From Chitinophagaceae bacterium (lineage in GTDB: Bacteria; Bacteroidota; Bacteroidia; Chitinophagales; Chitinophagaceae): a DNA stretch of 64,000 nucleotides. The stretch is taken from assembly GCA_035626515.1 (NCBI GenBank), contig DASPNM010000017.1, positions 77,399 through 141,398 on the forward strand. Reading direction: 5' to 3'. Position 1 is the stretch's first letter. Each line of letters opens with the position of its first letter. The translations under genes and the position numbers were made by a program. This document shows, piece after piece, positions 56,126-64,000 of the stretch. A model generated the notes under the pieces. That model worked only from the letters and a program-made list of their open reading frames with translations, was not told where the DNA came from and ran no database searches.

Positions 56126-57766
56126 ATGCACAGCATTACCCTTACCGGCAACCTGGCGGATCTGCATTCGGAGCGAATCCGCCCCGCCAGGGTTCGCGTT
56201 GAACAAGGCAGGATCAGCGCCATCGAAATGCTTGGGGATCACCTGATGACCGGCGAGCCTTACATACTGCCGGGTTTTATAGACAGCCATGTGCACATCG
56301 AAAGCTCTATGCTCGTGCCCTCCGAATTTGCCCGGCTCGCAGTGGTTCACGGTACGGTGGCGACCGTCAGCGATCCGCACGAGATCGCAAATGTCTGTGG
56401 CATGGAGGGCGTGGAGTTCATGATCCGAAACGGGAGCACAGTGCCATTCAAATTTTACTTCGGAGCACCCAGCTGTGTGCCGGCGACCGGCTTTGAGACC
56501 GCGGGTGCCTACCTCGATGCTGCGAAAGTGCGTACCCTGTTGCAGCGTGCCGATATCCGCTACCTGAGCGAAATGATGAATTTTCCCGGTGTGCTCAACC
56601 ACGATTCCGAGGTGATGAAAAAGATCCAGGCAGCCCAAGAACTCGGAAAACCTGTGGACGGTCACGCTCCAGGTCTGCGCGGGGAAGCCGCGCGCGCGTA
56701 TGCGGCGGCAGGGATCAGCACCGATCATGAATGCGTAAGCATTGACGAAGCAACAGAAAAGATCGACGCCGGAATGAAGATCATTATTCGCGAAGGGAGC
56801 GCAGCGAAAAATTTCGAAGCACTGGTTCCGCTGCTCCACGACTATCCGGACCGGATTATGTTCTGCAGTGACGATAAACACCCGGACAGCCTGGTGATGG
56901 GACACATCAACCAGCTCTGTGCCCGGAGCGTGGCTAAGGGCATTGACCTTTTCAAGGTACTGAAGGCTGCCTGTCTCAATCCGGTGCTTCACTACGGACT
57001 TGATGTGGGCCTGCTACGCCCGGGAGATCCAGCGGATTTCATCCTGGTGAGTGATCTCAAAGACTTCCGGGTACTCAAAACATTTATCAACGGCGAGCCG
57101 GTCGCTGAGAATGGAAGCACGCGGATCAAGGCCACCGCGCCGGATCCCATCAACCAGTTTTCCTGCAACAAAAAAAACATTCAGGATTTTGCCTTGCCTG
57201 CGAACGCGCCCGTTGGGACACGGATACCGGTGATCGAGGCACTGGACGGGCAACTGATCACGAACCGGCTGCTGTATGAACCGAAAGTCATTAACGGAAT
57301 GCTCGAAAGCGATATCGAAGACGACATCTTGAAAATAGTCGTGGTGAACCGGTACCGCGACGCACCGGTGGCAAAAGCATTTATCCGCAATTTCAAACTG
57401 CTGCGAGGGGCTATCGCATCGTCGGTGGCGCACGACAGTCACAACATCGTGGCTGTGGGCGTGGACGACGAAAGCATTTGCCGGGCTGTAAATGCAATCA
57501 TTGACAGCAGGGGCGGAATCAGCTGTTGCGCCGGCAGTACCACGAAACTGCTGCCGCTTCCCGTAGCAGGACTGATGAGCGCCGAAGATGGTTACGAAGT
57601 GGCCGAACAATACACGCGCATAGACAGAATGGTAAAAGACGAACTTCGGTCGGGGCTTTCGGCACCGTTCATGACGCTTTCATTTATGGCGCTCCTGGTG
57701 ATCCCCCATTTAAAGCTGAGCGACCAGGGCCTCTTTGACGGCGACCGGTTCAGCTTTGTCGGCTGA
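56126..57766 (+). CDS. ade: Adenine deaminase
   Basis: Amidohydrolase metal motif [15 protein letters not shown] and overall Ade-like length. The start is ATG 56126 (MHSITL) or ATG 56108 (MKKIPG). The track start at 56057 is unlikely. Confidence 0.9.
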   Translation: MHSITLTGNLADLHSERIRPARVRVEQGRISAIEMLGDHLMTGEPYILPGFIDSHVHIESSMLVPSEFARLAVVHGTVATVSDPHEIANVCGMEGVEFMIRNGSTVPFKFYFGAPSCVPATGFETAGAYLDAAKVRTLLQRADIRYLSEMMNFPGVLNHDSEVMKKIQAAQELGKPVDGHAPGLRGEAARAYAAAGISTDHECVSIDEATEKIDAGMKIIIREGSAAKNFEALVPLLHDYPDRIMFCSDDKHPDSLVMGHINQLCARSVAKGIDLFKVLKAACLNPVLHYGLDVGLLRPGDPADFILVSDLKDFRVLKTFINGEPVAENGSTRIKATAPDPINQFSCNKKNIQDFALPANAPVGTRIPVIEALDGQLITNRLLYEPKVINGMLESDIEDDILKIVVVNRYRDAPVAKAFIRNFKLLRGAIASSVAHDSHNIVAVGVDDESICRAVNAIIDSRGGISCCAGSTTKLLPLPVAGLMSAEDGYEVAEQYTRIDRMVKDELRSGLSAPFMTLSFMALLVIPHLKLSDQGLFDGDRFSFVG

Positions 57767-57948
57767 GCCCGGCCTTATCCCTTTGTTAAAAAAGTGCAAC
57801 TCAACGACCTGCGCGCCGTAGCAGGGGCGCATTTCACATTTCCTTGCTAAGCATTTCACGCTTTTTTGAATCTAATATTTCAGAAAAAGGGTTACAAAAG
57901 CCCGGTGGTGTTGATATAGTAACGAGGACAATCTGAAAAACATTCGAT

Positions 57949-58254
57949 ATGAAAAATTCTTTACACATCAGCGCTTCGTTCGACAAACCTGATTTCGTCG
58001 AACAACTGGTTGAACAACTGGCACAGCGCAGAATCGATCATGGGTATGGAAAAGAACAGGTTCCATGCGGACTAAAAGCCGTCGATAGCTCCTCGACCGA
58101 GGCTTACGTCAGCGGCGACCTTGCCGTCACTTACCTCGACGACGCGGGCAGGGTAGATCGCATTAACATGCCCTTTATCACCTGTTTTCTCTTCACCTGC
58201 GTGAAGCCCAATCAGGGAGCATATGGGCTCGCATGGGGTGTTTCCCTATCATGA
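57949..58254 (+). CDS. Hypothetical small protein (weak call)
   Basis: 101 aa ORF with an ATG start. The first ~75 residues look protein-like. The last 43 nt overlap the convergent CHAT gene. No recognisable family. Confidence 0.3.
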   Translation: MKNSLHISASFDKPDFVEQLVEQLAQRRIDHGYGKEQVPCGLKAVDSSSTEAYVSGDLAVTYLDDAGRVDRINMPFITCFLFTCVKPNQGAYGLAWGVSLS

Positions 58255-60953
58255 GGGCGCCTTCGCAATTTCCAGAATACAAAAACAGTTACCAGGATGA
58301 TCAACCCCATCCCGGCGATCAAAAAGCCCCTCAGTTTGGGATCTGTCGCCGTCACGACAATTTTTTCTCCGTTGCCTGCATATACCAGTCCGGCCCAGAA
58401 ATAAGGCAGCTTTCGAAAACCTTCATGTTGTTTTGTTTCCAGCCATTCCAGCTTTGCTTCCCGCAGGGCCGCGACGGGATTTCCGTGCTGTGCGAGCCGG
58501 CGATAAAAAGATTGAATCAGGGCGGCCGCGGCTTCATCATTCAGGTTCCAGAGTCCCGCAATGATCCCTCCGGCGCCGGCTGCGGTAAAACCTCGCGCCA
58601 GGCTGATAATGCCTTCACCTTCGGCGATGATCCCATGCCCGGTGCGACAGGCACTTAGCACAACAAGCTGCGGACGAAAACTTTTTCCATGCAGCTCGAA
58701 AAGAAAAAAACGGCTGTCCCAAAGCTGAAGCGCGGGCACCGCCTGCTCTCCCTGCAAATAAGAATGGGTGCTGATATGAAGCAGCTTCACGCGCGGCAGT
58801 TCCCGCCGAAACTCATCCAGGGAAGCCTGCTCATCCCTCAGAAATCTGCCCTTTAGTTCTTTCCGCAGTGCGCGGTACTCCCGCGTTACCGCGGGGATCG
58901 CAGAATTTTTTTCTTTACCTGAGGCAATGAAGAAGCCGGCGACATCGTGCTTCTCCCGCGGAATTTTCTTTTGCTGTTGCCAGGTTTGCAGCGAGTAACC
59001 ATAAAACATATTGCGCTCACGCAACAAAAACGGCCAGTCGGCCGGATTGCTGCGGTAGACGGAATCGGTCACAAGCGCCTCGAATGGAATAAACCCGATC
59101 ATGCCATCAGGAATGATCAATACCTGGGCATAGTGATTTGCGGCCTCAGGCCACAGCTGCCGATAGAAAAAATAAGATTCCCGGAAATACGCCTGCGGCT
59201 GGTTTACCATTGCGGCGGCACCCTGCTGGAAATAACGGCTGGAAAAATCACGGATCTGGCGCACCAGCGCATTCGCCTGGGTTATTTGTTGAACGCCACG
59301 AATACCGCTTCGGTCCAGGGTGAGAACATAAAGGTTGCTGTCGCCCACGAAAAACTCAACGACACCCACTCCCGGCGGGATTTGTGCAAGCATCGGGTCA
59401 AGCCGGGGAAGATCCTCACTGGCTGCCAGCACCGGATAGCGCTCCCGCAGGTCCTTGCTAAGCAGGGAAAGCTCGAATTCCAGCTGTTGCTTCCGCTGTT
59501 GCGTGGCCGCTGCCGCCGGATCGGCGGATTGAACAGACATCAGATCTTTTTCATAATAAGAGATGGCCTGTAAAAGTCGCTCCCGTTTGAAGAGCAGGCT
59601 GTCGTCCTGCTTCAGGCTGCTGTAACGGAGGTTCGTCGCCAGCTCCTCGTGCAGGAGCTGGGACTTGCTGAGCTCAGCGATCAGCAGAAGTGGCGCGGCG
59701 TCGCCGTCGCGCTTCCACAGGCGAAATGCGGCATCCATGGCGGAGCCGGTCCAGGCCCGGTCTTCCTTTTGCCGTTGTTTCCTCGCTTCCAGTCCAAAGA
59801 ATTCGCCGCGGAGTTCCCGGCCAACATCGAACATCAGTAGCGAAACGGCCACTGCTGCTTTGTCATTACCCGCGGCGACGAAACATTTCATTTTTCCGTG
59901 CAGGGCGTCTAAAATTGTATTTTCTCCATAAAGCAAATTTGCCGACGGAAGCTTATCTCGTTCCCAGGAGGGTAGCAGTAACCGTAGCGATCGGTCGAAC
60001 TCAAGCGCAGCAAAGGCGCTTTTCTTTTGCAACAACAGAACTTCTCCCATGGCAACATGCAGTTTGGCACGCTCCCGGCTTCTTTGGCCGGGATAATTCT
60101 GTTCAACAATGCGGAGCGCACGCGAGTAAGAATTTAGCGCCTCTTCGTATTGCTTTTTCCGTTTCAGGATATCCCCCAGGCCCTGCCACGCCCCACGCAG
60201 CCAGTAAGCGGCAGAAGGTTCCGCCTTGTTGCGAACGTGCGGAGTAAGGATGCCGATAGCTTCCCTGCAAACCAATTGGGCGGAATCTGTTTTGTTCTGC
60301 AGGAACAAAATTTCAGCTAAAGTAGACAGCAACAGACCGTGGATCGCAGAACCGGGCTGGCTGAAGCCGATCCCGATCGCACAGTATCTCTTTGCATCAT
60401 CGACGTCTCCCCGCCATCGCGAGGTGGTGGCAATGTTGTGATATCCCGACGCCAGGGTTGCTGAGTCTTTTGCAAGCGCGATCAGTCGCTGCTGGATGAA
60501 GAGAGCGCGGTCGTAGTCACCAAGCCGTGTGTAATTGTTGCCGAGCGGCTTCAGCACGTATTCTATGAGCTCGGCGTCCGGAATTCTTTTGTCGACCGAA
60601 AACCGGTAAGCCTCCTCGTATGCATCGATAGACCTCAGGATATCCCCTTTCACAATCGAATAATAACCTTCGCCGGTCAGCAGGTTGAAAAATGCCAGGC
60701 ACTCATCCGGATCGCGACAATCACGCCAGGCATTTCGCCGCGCTTCTGCCAGCAACGCAAAGCGGTTCACGGGATCTTCATAGACATAATCACCGTGGGC
60801 GTAAAGCCATTCCAACAGATTGTTTGCGCCTCGAAGAGAGTCGAGTCGCTGCTGCAGGGAGGGCGGCAATTGCAGCGTGCTGTCCGGGCGCTCCTGTGCC
60901 AGAGCAAAAAAAAGCGCGAACGCTGCCAGCAAGGCGAACAGACGGCGGATCAT
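58212..60953 (-). CDS. Exported TPR-CHAT domain protein (caspase-fold Cys/His peptidase-like) with C-terminal membrane anchor
   Basis: 913 aa. Signal peptide MIRRLFALLAAFALFFALAQ. TPR-like N-terminal half. CHAT domain about residues 610-860 (VLIIPDGMIGFIPFEAL; LLHISTHS with His730, codon 58764-58766; VVLSACRTG with Cys769, codon 58647-58649; GLWNLNDEAAAALIQSFY; PYFWAGLVYAG). C-terminal TM helix GFLIAGMGLIILVTVFVFW. Confidence 0.88.
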   Translation of the reverse strand: MIRRLFALLAAFALFFALAQERPDSTLQLPPSLQQRLDSLRGANNLLEWLYAHGDYVYEDPVNRFALLAEARRNAWRDCRDPDECLAFFNLLTGEGYYSIVKGDILRSIDAYEEAYRFSVDKRIPDAELIEYVLKPLGNNYTRLGDYDRALFIQQRLIALAKDSATLASGYHNIATTSRWRGDVDDAKRYCAIGIGFSQPGSAIHGLLLSTLAEILFLQNKTDSAQLVCREAIGILTPHVRNKAEPSAAYWLRGAWQGLGDILKRKKQYEEALNSYSRALRIVEQNYPGQRSRERAKLHVAMGEVLLLQKKSAFAALEFDRSLRLLLPSWERDKLPSANLLYGENTILDALHGKMKCFVAAGNDKAAVAVSLLMFDVGRELRGEFFGLEARKQRQKEDRAWTGSAMDAAFRLWKRDGDAAPLLLIAELSKSQLLHEELATNLRYSSLKQDDSLLFKRERLLQAISYYEKDLMSVQSADPAAAATQQRKQQLEFELSLLSKDLRERYPVLAASEDLPRLDPMLAQIPPGVGVVEFFVGDSNLYVLTLDRSGIRGVQQITQANALVRQIRDFSSRYFQQGAAAMVNQPQAYFRESYFFYRQLWPEAANHYAQVLIIPDGMIGFIPFEALVTDSVYRSNPADWPFLLRERNMFYGYSLQTWQQQKKIPREKHDVAGFFIASGKEKNSAIPAVTREYRALRKELKGRFLRDEQASLDEFRRELPRVKLLHISTHSYLQGEQAVPALQLWDSRFFLFELHGKSFRPQLVVLSACRTGHGIIAEGEGIISLARGFTAAGAGGIIAGLWNLNDEAAAALIQSFYRRLAQHGNPVAALREAKLEWLETKQHEGFRKLPYFWAGLVYAGNGEKIVVTATDPKLRGFLIAGMGLIILVTVFVFWKLRRRPHDRETPHASPYAP

Positions 60954-60977
60954 GGAGCAGGAATTCTTTAAAATTAA

Positions 60978-62954
60978 TCATAAACGCCAGCCGGCGTAAA
61001 TGAAGAGGCGATTATGCGGAAAACGGAAGAAATGAAGGAATCGAACACCTACTACAGGGCCTACGCGAACCCTGCCTAGCTGCACGTCTCCAAAAAGCGA
61101 ATAATCCACACGGCGGAACCATTGACCCTGCGAGTAGGTCTTTTCGATCGTGAAGGGGTTGGGATTGGGGGGCTGAACAATGCGAATCACTTCCCGGTAT
61201 TGAACCCGCGTGTAGGCATCCATGCTGATCTGGGTCCCCGCCCCGACTCCGAGCCAGTCCATGATGTTGTAACGCAGCTGTAGCGGTACGAGCTCGAGCT
61301 TAATAATGGCGGGACGGCCATAAATGTCGCGGCCGCGGATAAGAGCGTCGCTCCCGTTCACTACGGTGTCCTTGTTTTCATTGGTAGTGCCTTCGAATCT
61401 TTCCCGAAGACGCCGGTAACCGAGAAATGCTTCCACCTGCAGGTATTTCCTGTGCGGGGCATAAGGCGCCCATCCCGCGCCCGCAAGGAAATAATGCTCC
61501 TCCTTGTTGTTCTTTGCCTGCTCGCCCAGCAACCTGCTGTATCCAACCATCAGCGAAGGAGAATTTCCCGGCATGAAATGACCGCGCGCCGAATTGGTTC
61601 GGACGGGCTCGTTGCGGTCGAATGTGATCTGAGCGCCGCTCTCAAAAGGGATTTTTTTCAACTCGCGGTTGAACTGGAGCCGGTAACGGATGAATCCCTG
61701 CGTAGAATCTATATCGGAGAACCCATCCTGCCGCAACCCGGGGAGGTAAATATTCCTGAAGATAAAATAGATGCTGTCGCTCGTGAACACCGTATCCAAA
61801 CAACTTTGTCCCGGTCGCGCAGCTGAACAGGGAATCGTCCTCGGGTAAAACTCGAGTATGTCCAAGCTGCGCGGATTTAGCATCGGGGGTACGCTCACTG
61901 CCACGGTTATGTTGCTTGCCGGTCCGCGCCCGGTATTCTGGAAGCGCACCTTGTAGGTCATTTCCCGTTTCTTGTCCGTGAACCTGTAGTTCAGCCGCTG
62001 GTTGCGCAGCATCATCCGGTTCGGGTCGTGTGAGGCGACGATCTGCAGCTCGAGGTCCACCTGCTCCAGTTCCGCGTTCGGATCGTCGGGTACGAACATA
62101 CCGGTGATCAGCACCACAGCGTTCGTGTCGCGGATCATTTCCGGGGTCGTGTGCAACGTAATGAAGAAAAATTTTTCTTCTCCCTTATCCAAACCCGAAA
62201 ACCGCCACGCAGCACTTTCACGGAACAGCTTTTGCCTGGAGGTGATTAGTTCCGAAAATCTCCCCGCGAATCCAGGATTGAGTTCACGGTCTTCCGTGCC
62301 CGACGGACCCGAGATTACGGGCTGTCGGGTTGTTTCGAGCAGCTCGTTCGCGGGAGCCCGTGCGATCACTGCAGACAGCGTCGTGCGGGATTCATTGTTG
62401 TAAACTCTATCTTCTCCGAAATCGAAATTGTCTTTCCGGAATTGCCTTTCGTTGTAGAAAAGAAGCAGCGACCCACTTGCTGCTGTGCCCGCTTCATTCC
62501 TGTATCCCATGATCAGCACCAGGTCTTCATCCGGTCGCGGCATCCGGTTCACCTTCATTGCCAGGCTGCCGGGCTCCTTGAAAAACCCGGAAGGTCGTGG
62601 TTGAACGTTGACGCTTTTGTTGGATACATATACTGCCTTAGGCCGCTTTATTGGCGGAGGCTTGCCGTCGTCATAATTGTTCGTGGCGAAAAGGCGGATT
62701 TCGTACGCCCCGGTATCGCGAAATACGTGTCGGGGTTTCTCTTCAAAGCTAAAGCTGCCGTCACCGAACTCCCAGTAATAGGAATAAAAGGCGGCGGGCG
62801 CGCCGGCAATCTGGCGCAGGGGCCGCAGCACGGAGTTGAAGCTGGCCTGGTTATCCTTTAACTGCACGCTAATGACGGCGGTATCCGGCTGCGCTACCGC
62901 GCCGGGCATGGCGCCGATCAGGACGATGAAAGCGGCAAAAACTCGGGGCCGCAT
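60978..62954 (-). CDS. Exported multidomain protein: N-terminal PKD domain, central HDPN/DUF11-like Ig-fold region, C-terminal beta-barrel-like region
   Basis: 658 aa. Signal peptide. PKD signature YWEFGDGSFSFEEKPRHVFRDTGAYEIRLFATN (about nt 62670-62882). SHDPNRM followed by YKVRFQNTGRGPASNITVAVSVP and ITFDRNEPVRTNS. The last ~200 aa have an alternating aromatic/hydrophobic pattern. The CHAT gene follows after 24 nt. Confidence 0.7.
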   Translation of the reverse strand: MRPRVFAAFIVLIGAMPGAVAQPDTAVISVQLKDNQASFNSVLRPLRQIAGAPAAFYSYYWEFGDGSFSFEEKPRHVFRDTGAYEIRLFATNNYDDGKPPPIKRPKAVYVSNKSVNVQPRPSGFFKEPGSLAMKVNRMPRPDEDLVLIMGYRNEAGTAASGSLLLFYNERQFRKDNFDFGEDRVYNNESRTTLSAVIARAPANELLETTRQPVISGPSGTEDRELNPGFAGRFSELITSRQKLFRESAAWRFSGLDKGEEKFFFITLHTTPEMIRDTNAVVLITGMFVPDDPNAELEQVDLELQIVASHDPNRMMLRNQRLNYRFTDKKREMTYKVRFQNTGRGPASNITVAVSVPPMLNPRSLDILEFYPRTIPCSAARPGQSCLDTVFTSDSIYFIFRNIYLPGLRQDGFSDIDSTQGFIRYRLQFNRELKKIPFESGAQITFDRNEPVRTNSARGHFMPGNSPSLMVGYSRLLGEQAKNNKEEHYFLAGAGWAPYAPHRKYLQVEAFLGYRRLRERFEGTTNENKDTVVNGSDALIRGRDIYGRPAIIKLELVPLQLRYNIMDWLGVGAGTQISMDAYTRVQYREVIRIVQPPNPNPFTIEKTYSQGQWFRRVDYSLFGDVQLGRVRVGPVVGVRFLHFFRFPHNRLFIYAGWRL

Positions 62955-63004
62955 GGCAGGAGGTTTAGGTACTTAAATTTAGATTTATTCCTGAATAGTT
63001 GGTT

Positions 63005-63029
63005 GGTTAACCGGTTACTGGTCGACCAG
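63005..63029. promoter_or_regulatory. Cluster of overlapping palindromes in the divergent promoter region (candidate operator)
   Basis: GGTTAACC (63005-63012), AACCGGTT (63009-63016) and the perfect 12-mer CTGGTCGACCAG (63018-63029). They lie 51-75 nt upstream of the PKD-gene ATG and about 150 nt upstream of the sigma gene. Confidence 0.3.
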
Positions 63030-63176
63030 GACATTCAACTCCATGCCCAAAGCAGGTAAACCATTACCGAAACCATGAAACAGATCTTCGCCTTCATACA
63101 ATTGCCTTTACCCTAGATCAGCGGGCTCGTGGCTTGTTACCCTTTTTGATTATATTTATTTGGAAAGCCAGAACAA

Positions 63177-63755
63177 ATGGCCGAGCCTGCGCGCATCATC
63201 CATTCCGACCAGCGGTTTCTGAACGGTCTGCTGCAGAACGATGCCGCCGTTGTAAAAGAGATCTACGACCGGTTTTCCGCCCGGGTCCGCGCTTACGTTA
63301 CGCAAAACAACGGATCGGAGGACGACGCTGCGGACATTTTCCAGGAGGCACTTATTGATATTTACCAACAAGCCCGCGACAAAGGGCTGCAGCTCACCTG
63401 CCCGTTCGAGGCATTCCTGCTTCTTGTATGTAAACGTAAATGGCTGAACGAGTTGAAAAAAAGAGGCCAGCGACGGGTAACATCCGATCCCGAAACCTTA
63501 TCTATAGCGGGGGAGGATGCAGAGCAGCTCGCGGAACAGCTGCACCTCGAACAGAAAAGAGCCGATCTTTTCCTGCGGATGTTCCGGAAGCTCGGGAAAA
63601 AATGCCAGCAGATCATCGGTGTTTGCCTCAGCAGGCGACCGCAGGAGGAAGTGGCTGCGGAGCTGGGCCTGAGCTACGCTTACCTGCGGAAGAAAAAATC
63701 GGAATGCATGGCAACGCTGATTCAATCCATCCAGGCCGAACAAAACAACTCATGA
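63177..63755 (+). CDS. ECF-type (group 4-like) sigma-70 family RNA polymerase sigma factor
   Basis: 192 aa. Region 2 (DDAADIFQEALIDIY...FEAFLLLVCKRKWLNELKK) and region 4 HTH (PQEEVAAELGLSYAYLRKKKSEC). Confidence 0.85.
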   Translation: MAEPARIIHSDQRFLNGLLQNDAAVVKEIYDRFSARVRAYVTQNNGSEDDAADIFQEALIDIYQQARDKGLQLTCPFEAFLLLVCKRKWLNELKKRGQRRVTSDPETLSIAGEDAEQLAEQLHLEQKRADLFLRMFRKLGKKCQQIIGVCLSRRPQEEVAAELGLSYAYLRKKKSECMATLIQSIQAEQNNS

Positions 63756-64000
63756 AGGAATTCGACTACGATATTATCTCCCGCTATGTGGATGAAGAAA
63801 TGAGTCCGGCTGAACGAATGGACTTCGAACAGCAAATGCAACGTGAACCAGAGCTGAGAAAACAGGTTGAGCTCTATTTCGAAGTCACCAAGTCGTTGCA
63901 ACGCCGGCTGCACCCGGCAAAAGAGGAAGCGGAGCTTCGCCGGACTCTTGAGCAGCTTCGTCCCCAATATTTCCAAACCCGTTCACGGGTGGTTCCGATG
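63752..64000 (+). CDS. Putative anti-sigma factor, N-terminal part (runs off the right window edge)
   Basis: Not in the ORF track. ATG at 63752 overlaps the sigma stop (ATGA). My translation is MKEFDYDIISRYVDEEMSPAERMDFEQQMQREPELRKQVELYFEVTKSLQRRL..., which has the usual N-terminal anti-sigma helix pattern. Confidence 0.6.
   Translation, partial: MKEFDYDIISRYVDEEMSPAERMDFEQQMQREPELRKQVELYFEVTKSLQRRLHPAKEEAELRRTLEQLRPQYFQTRSRVVPM

Noticed and set aside
56075-56992. 305 aa minus-strand ORF and 57014-57610 (198 aa) opposite the adenine deaminase gene.
   Set aside because: They are antisense to a well-supported amidohydrolase. Their His/Arg-rich composition is typical of reverse-frame translation.
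1-64000. Mobile genetic elements, prophage or a defence island. I looked for transposase, integrase or recombinase genes, for tRNA-flanked islands, and for obvious compositional breaks.
   Set aside because: No such genes or tRNAs were recognised. The window is dominated by core metabolism, respiration and translation genes. Only the 58-64 kb CHAT/PKD/ECF locus looks accessory, and it has no mobility genes within the window.

Overview
The window is a gene-dense, mostly housekeeping chromosomal segment. Gene content points to a Bacteroidota genome, possibly Chitinophagaceae-like: a ~290 aa RpoD, exbB-exbD-exbD-tonB, a short NuoG, and many signal-peptide or beta-barrel proteins. This placement is inference only.

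Main blocks:
- (1) ilvE-ilvD-ilvB-ilvN-ilvC-ilvA operon on the minus strand (1-6504). The ilvA 3' part runs off the left edge and is missing from the ORF track. Upstream lies what reads as an Ile/Val-rich leader peptide plus an intrinsic terminator/antiterminator.
- (2) mnmE, then an exbB-exbD-exbD-tonB cluster and a lone MacB/FtsX-type permease.
- (3) A complete 14-gene nuoA-N operon (15983-30837, minus strand). It is interrupted by three tightly packed genes for signal-peptide proteins.
- (4) A TPR / PstS-like / small membrane protein / second tonB cluster.
- (5) Housekeeping genes: LMW-PTP, hisS, thiolase, rlmN, pseudouridine synthases, peroxiredoxin, OsmC, CDF transporter, lptF/G, rpoD, ffh, rpsP, rimM, dinB, M20 peptidase, hslR, trmD, desaturase, adenine deaminase.
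- (6) At the right end, the only clearly accessory-looking locus: an exported TPR-CHAT (caspase-fold) protein and a PKD/beta-barrel surface protein. They are transcribed divergently from an ECF-type sigma / anti-sigma pair; the anti-sigma gene runs off the right edge.

No rRNA, tRNA, CRISPR array, transposase or integrase was recognised.

A family of intergenic inverted-repeat elements built from TAGTCGA heptads recurs at the 3' ends of ffh, dinB and the thiolase gene, with a variant at hisS.

Many long ORFs in the track are antisense shadow ORFs and are rejected. Several track ORFs begin at upstream alternative start codons; I give the start I consider more likely where I could check it.
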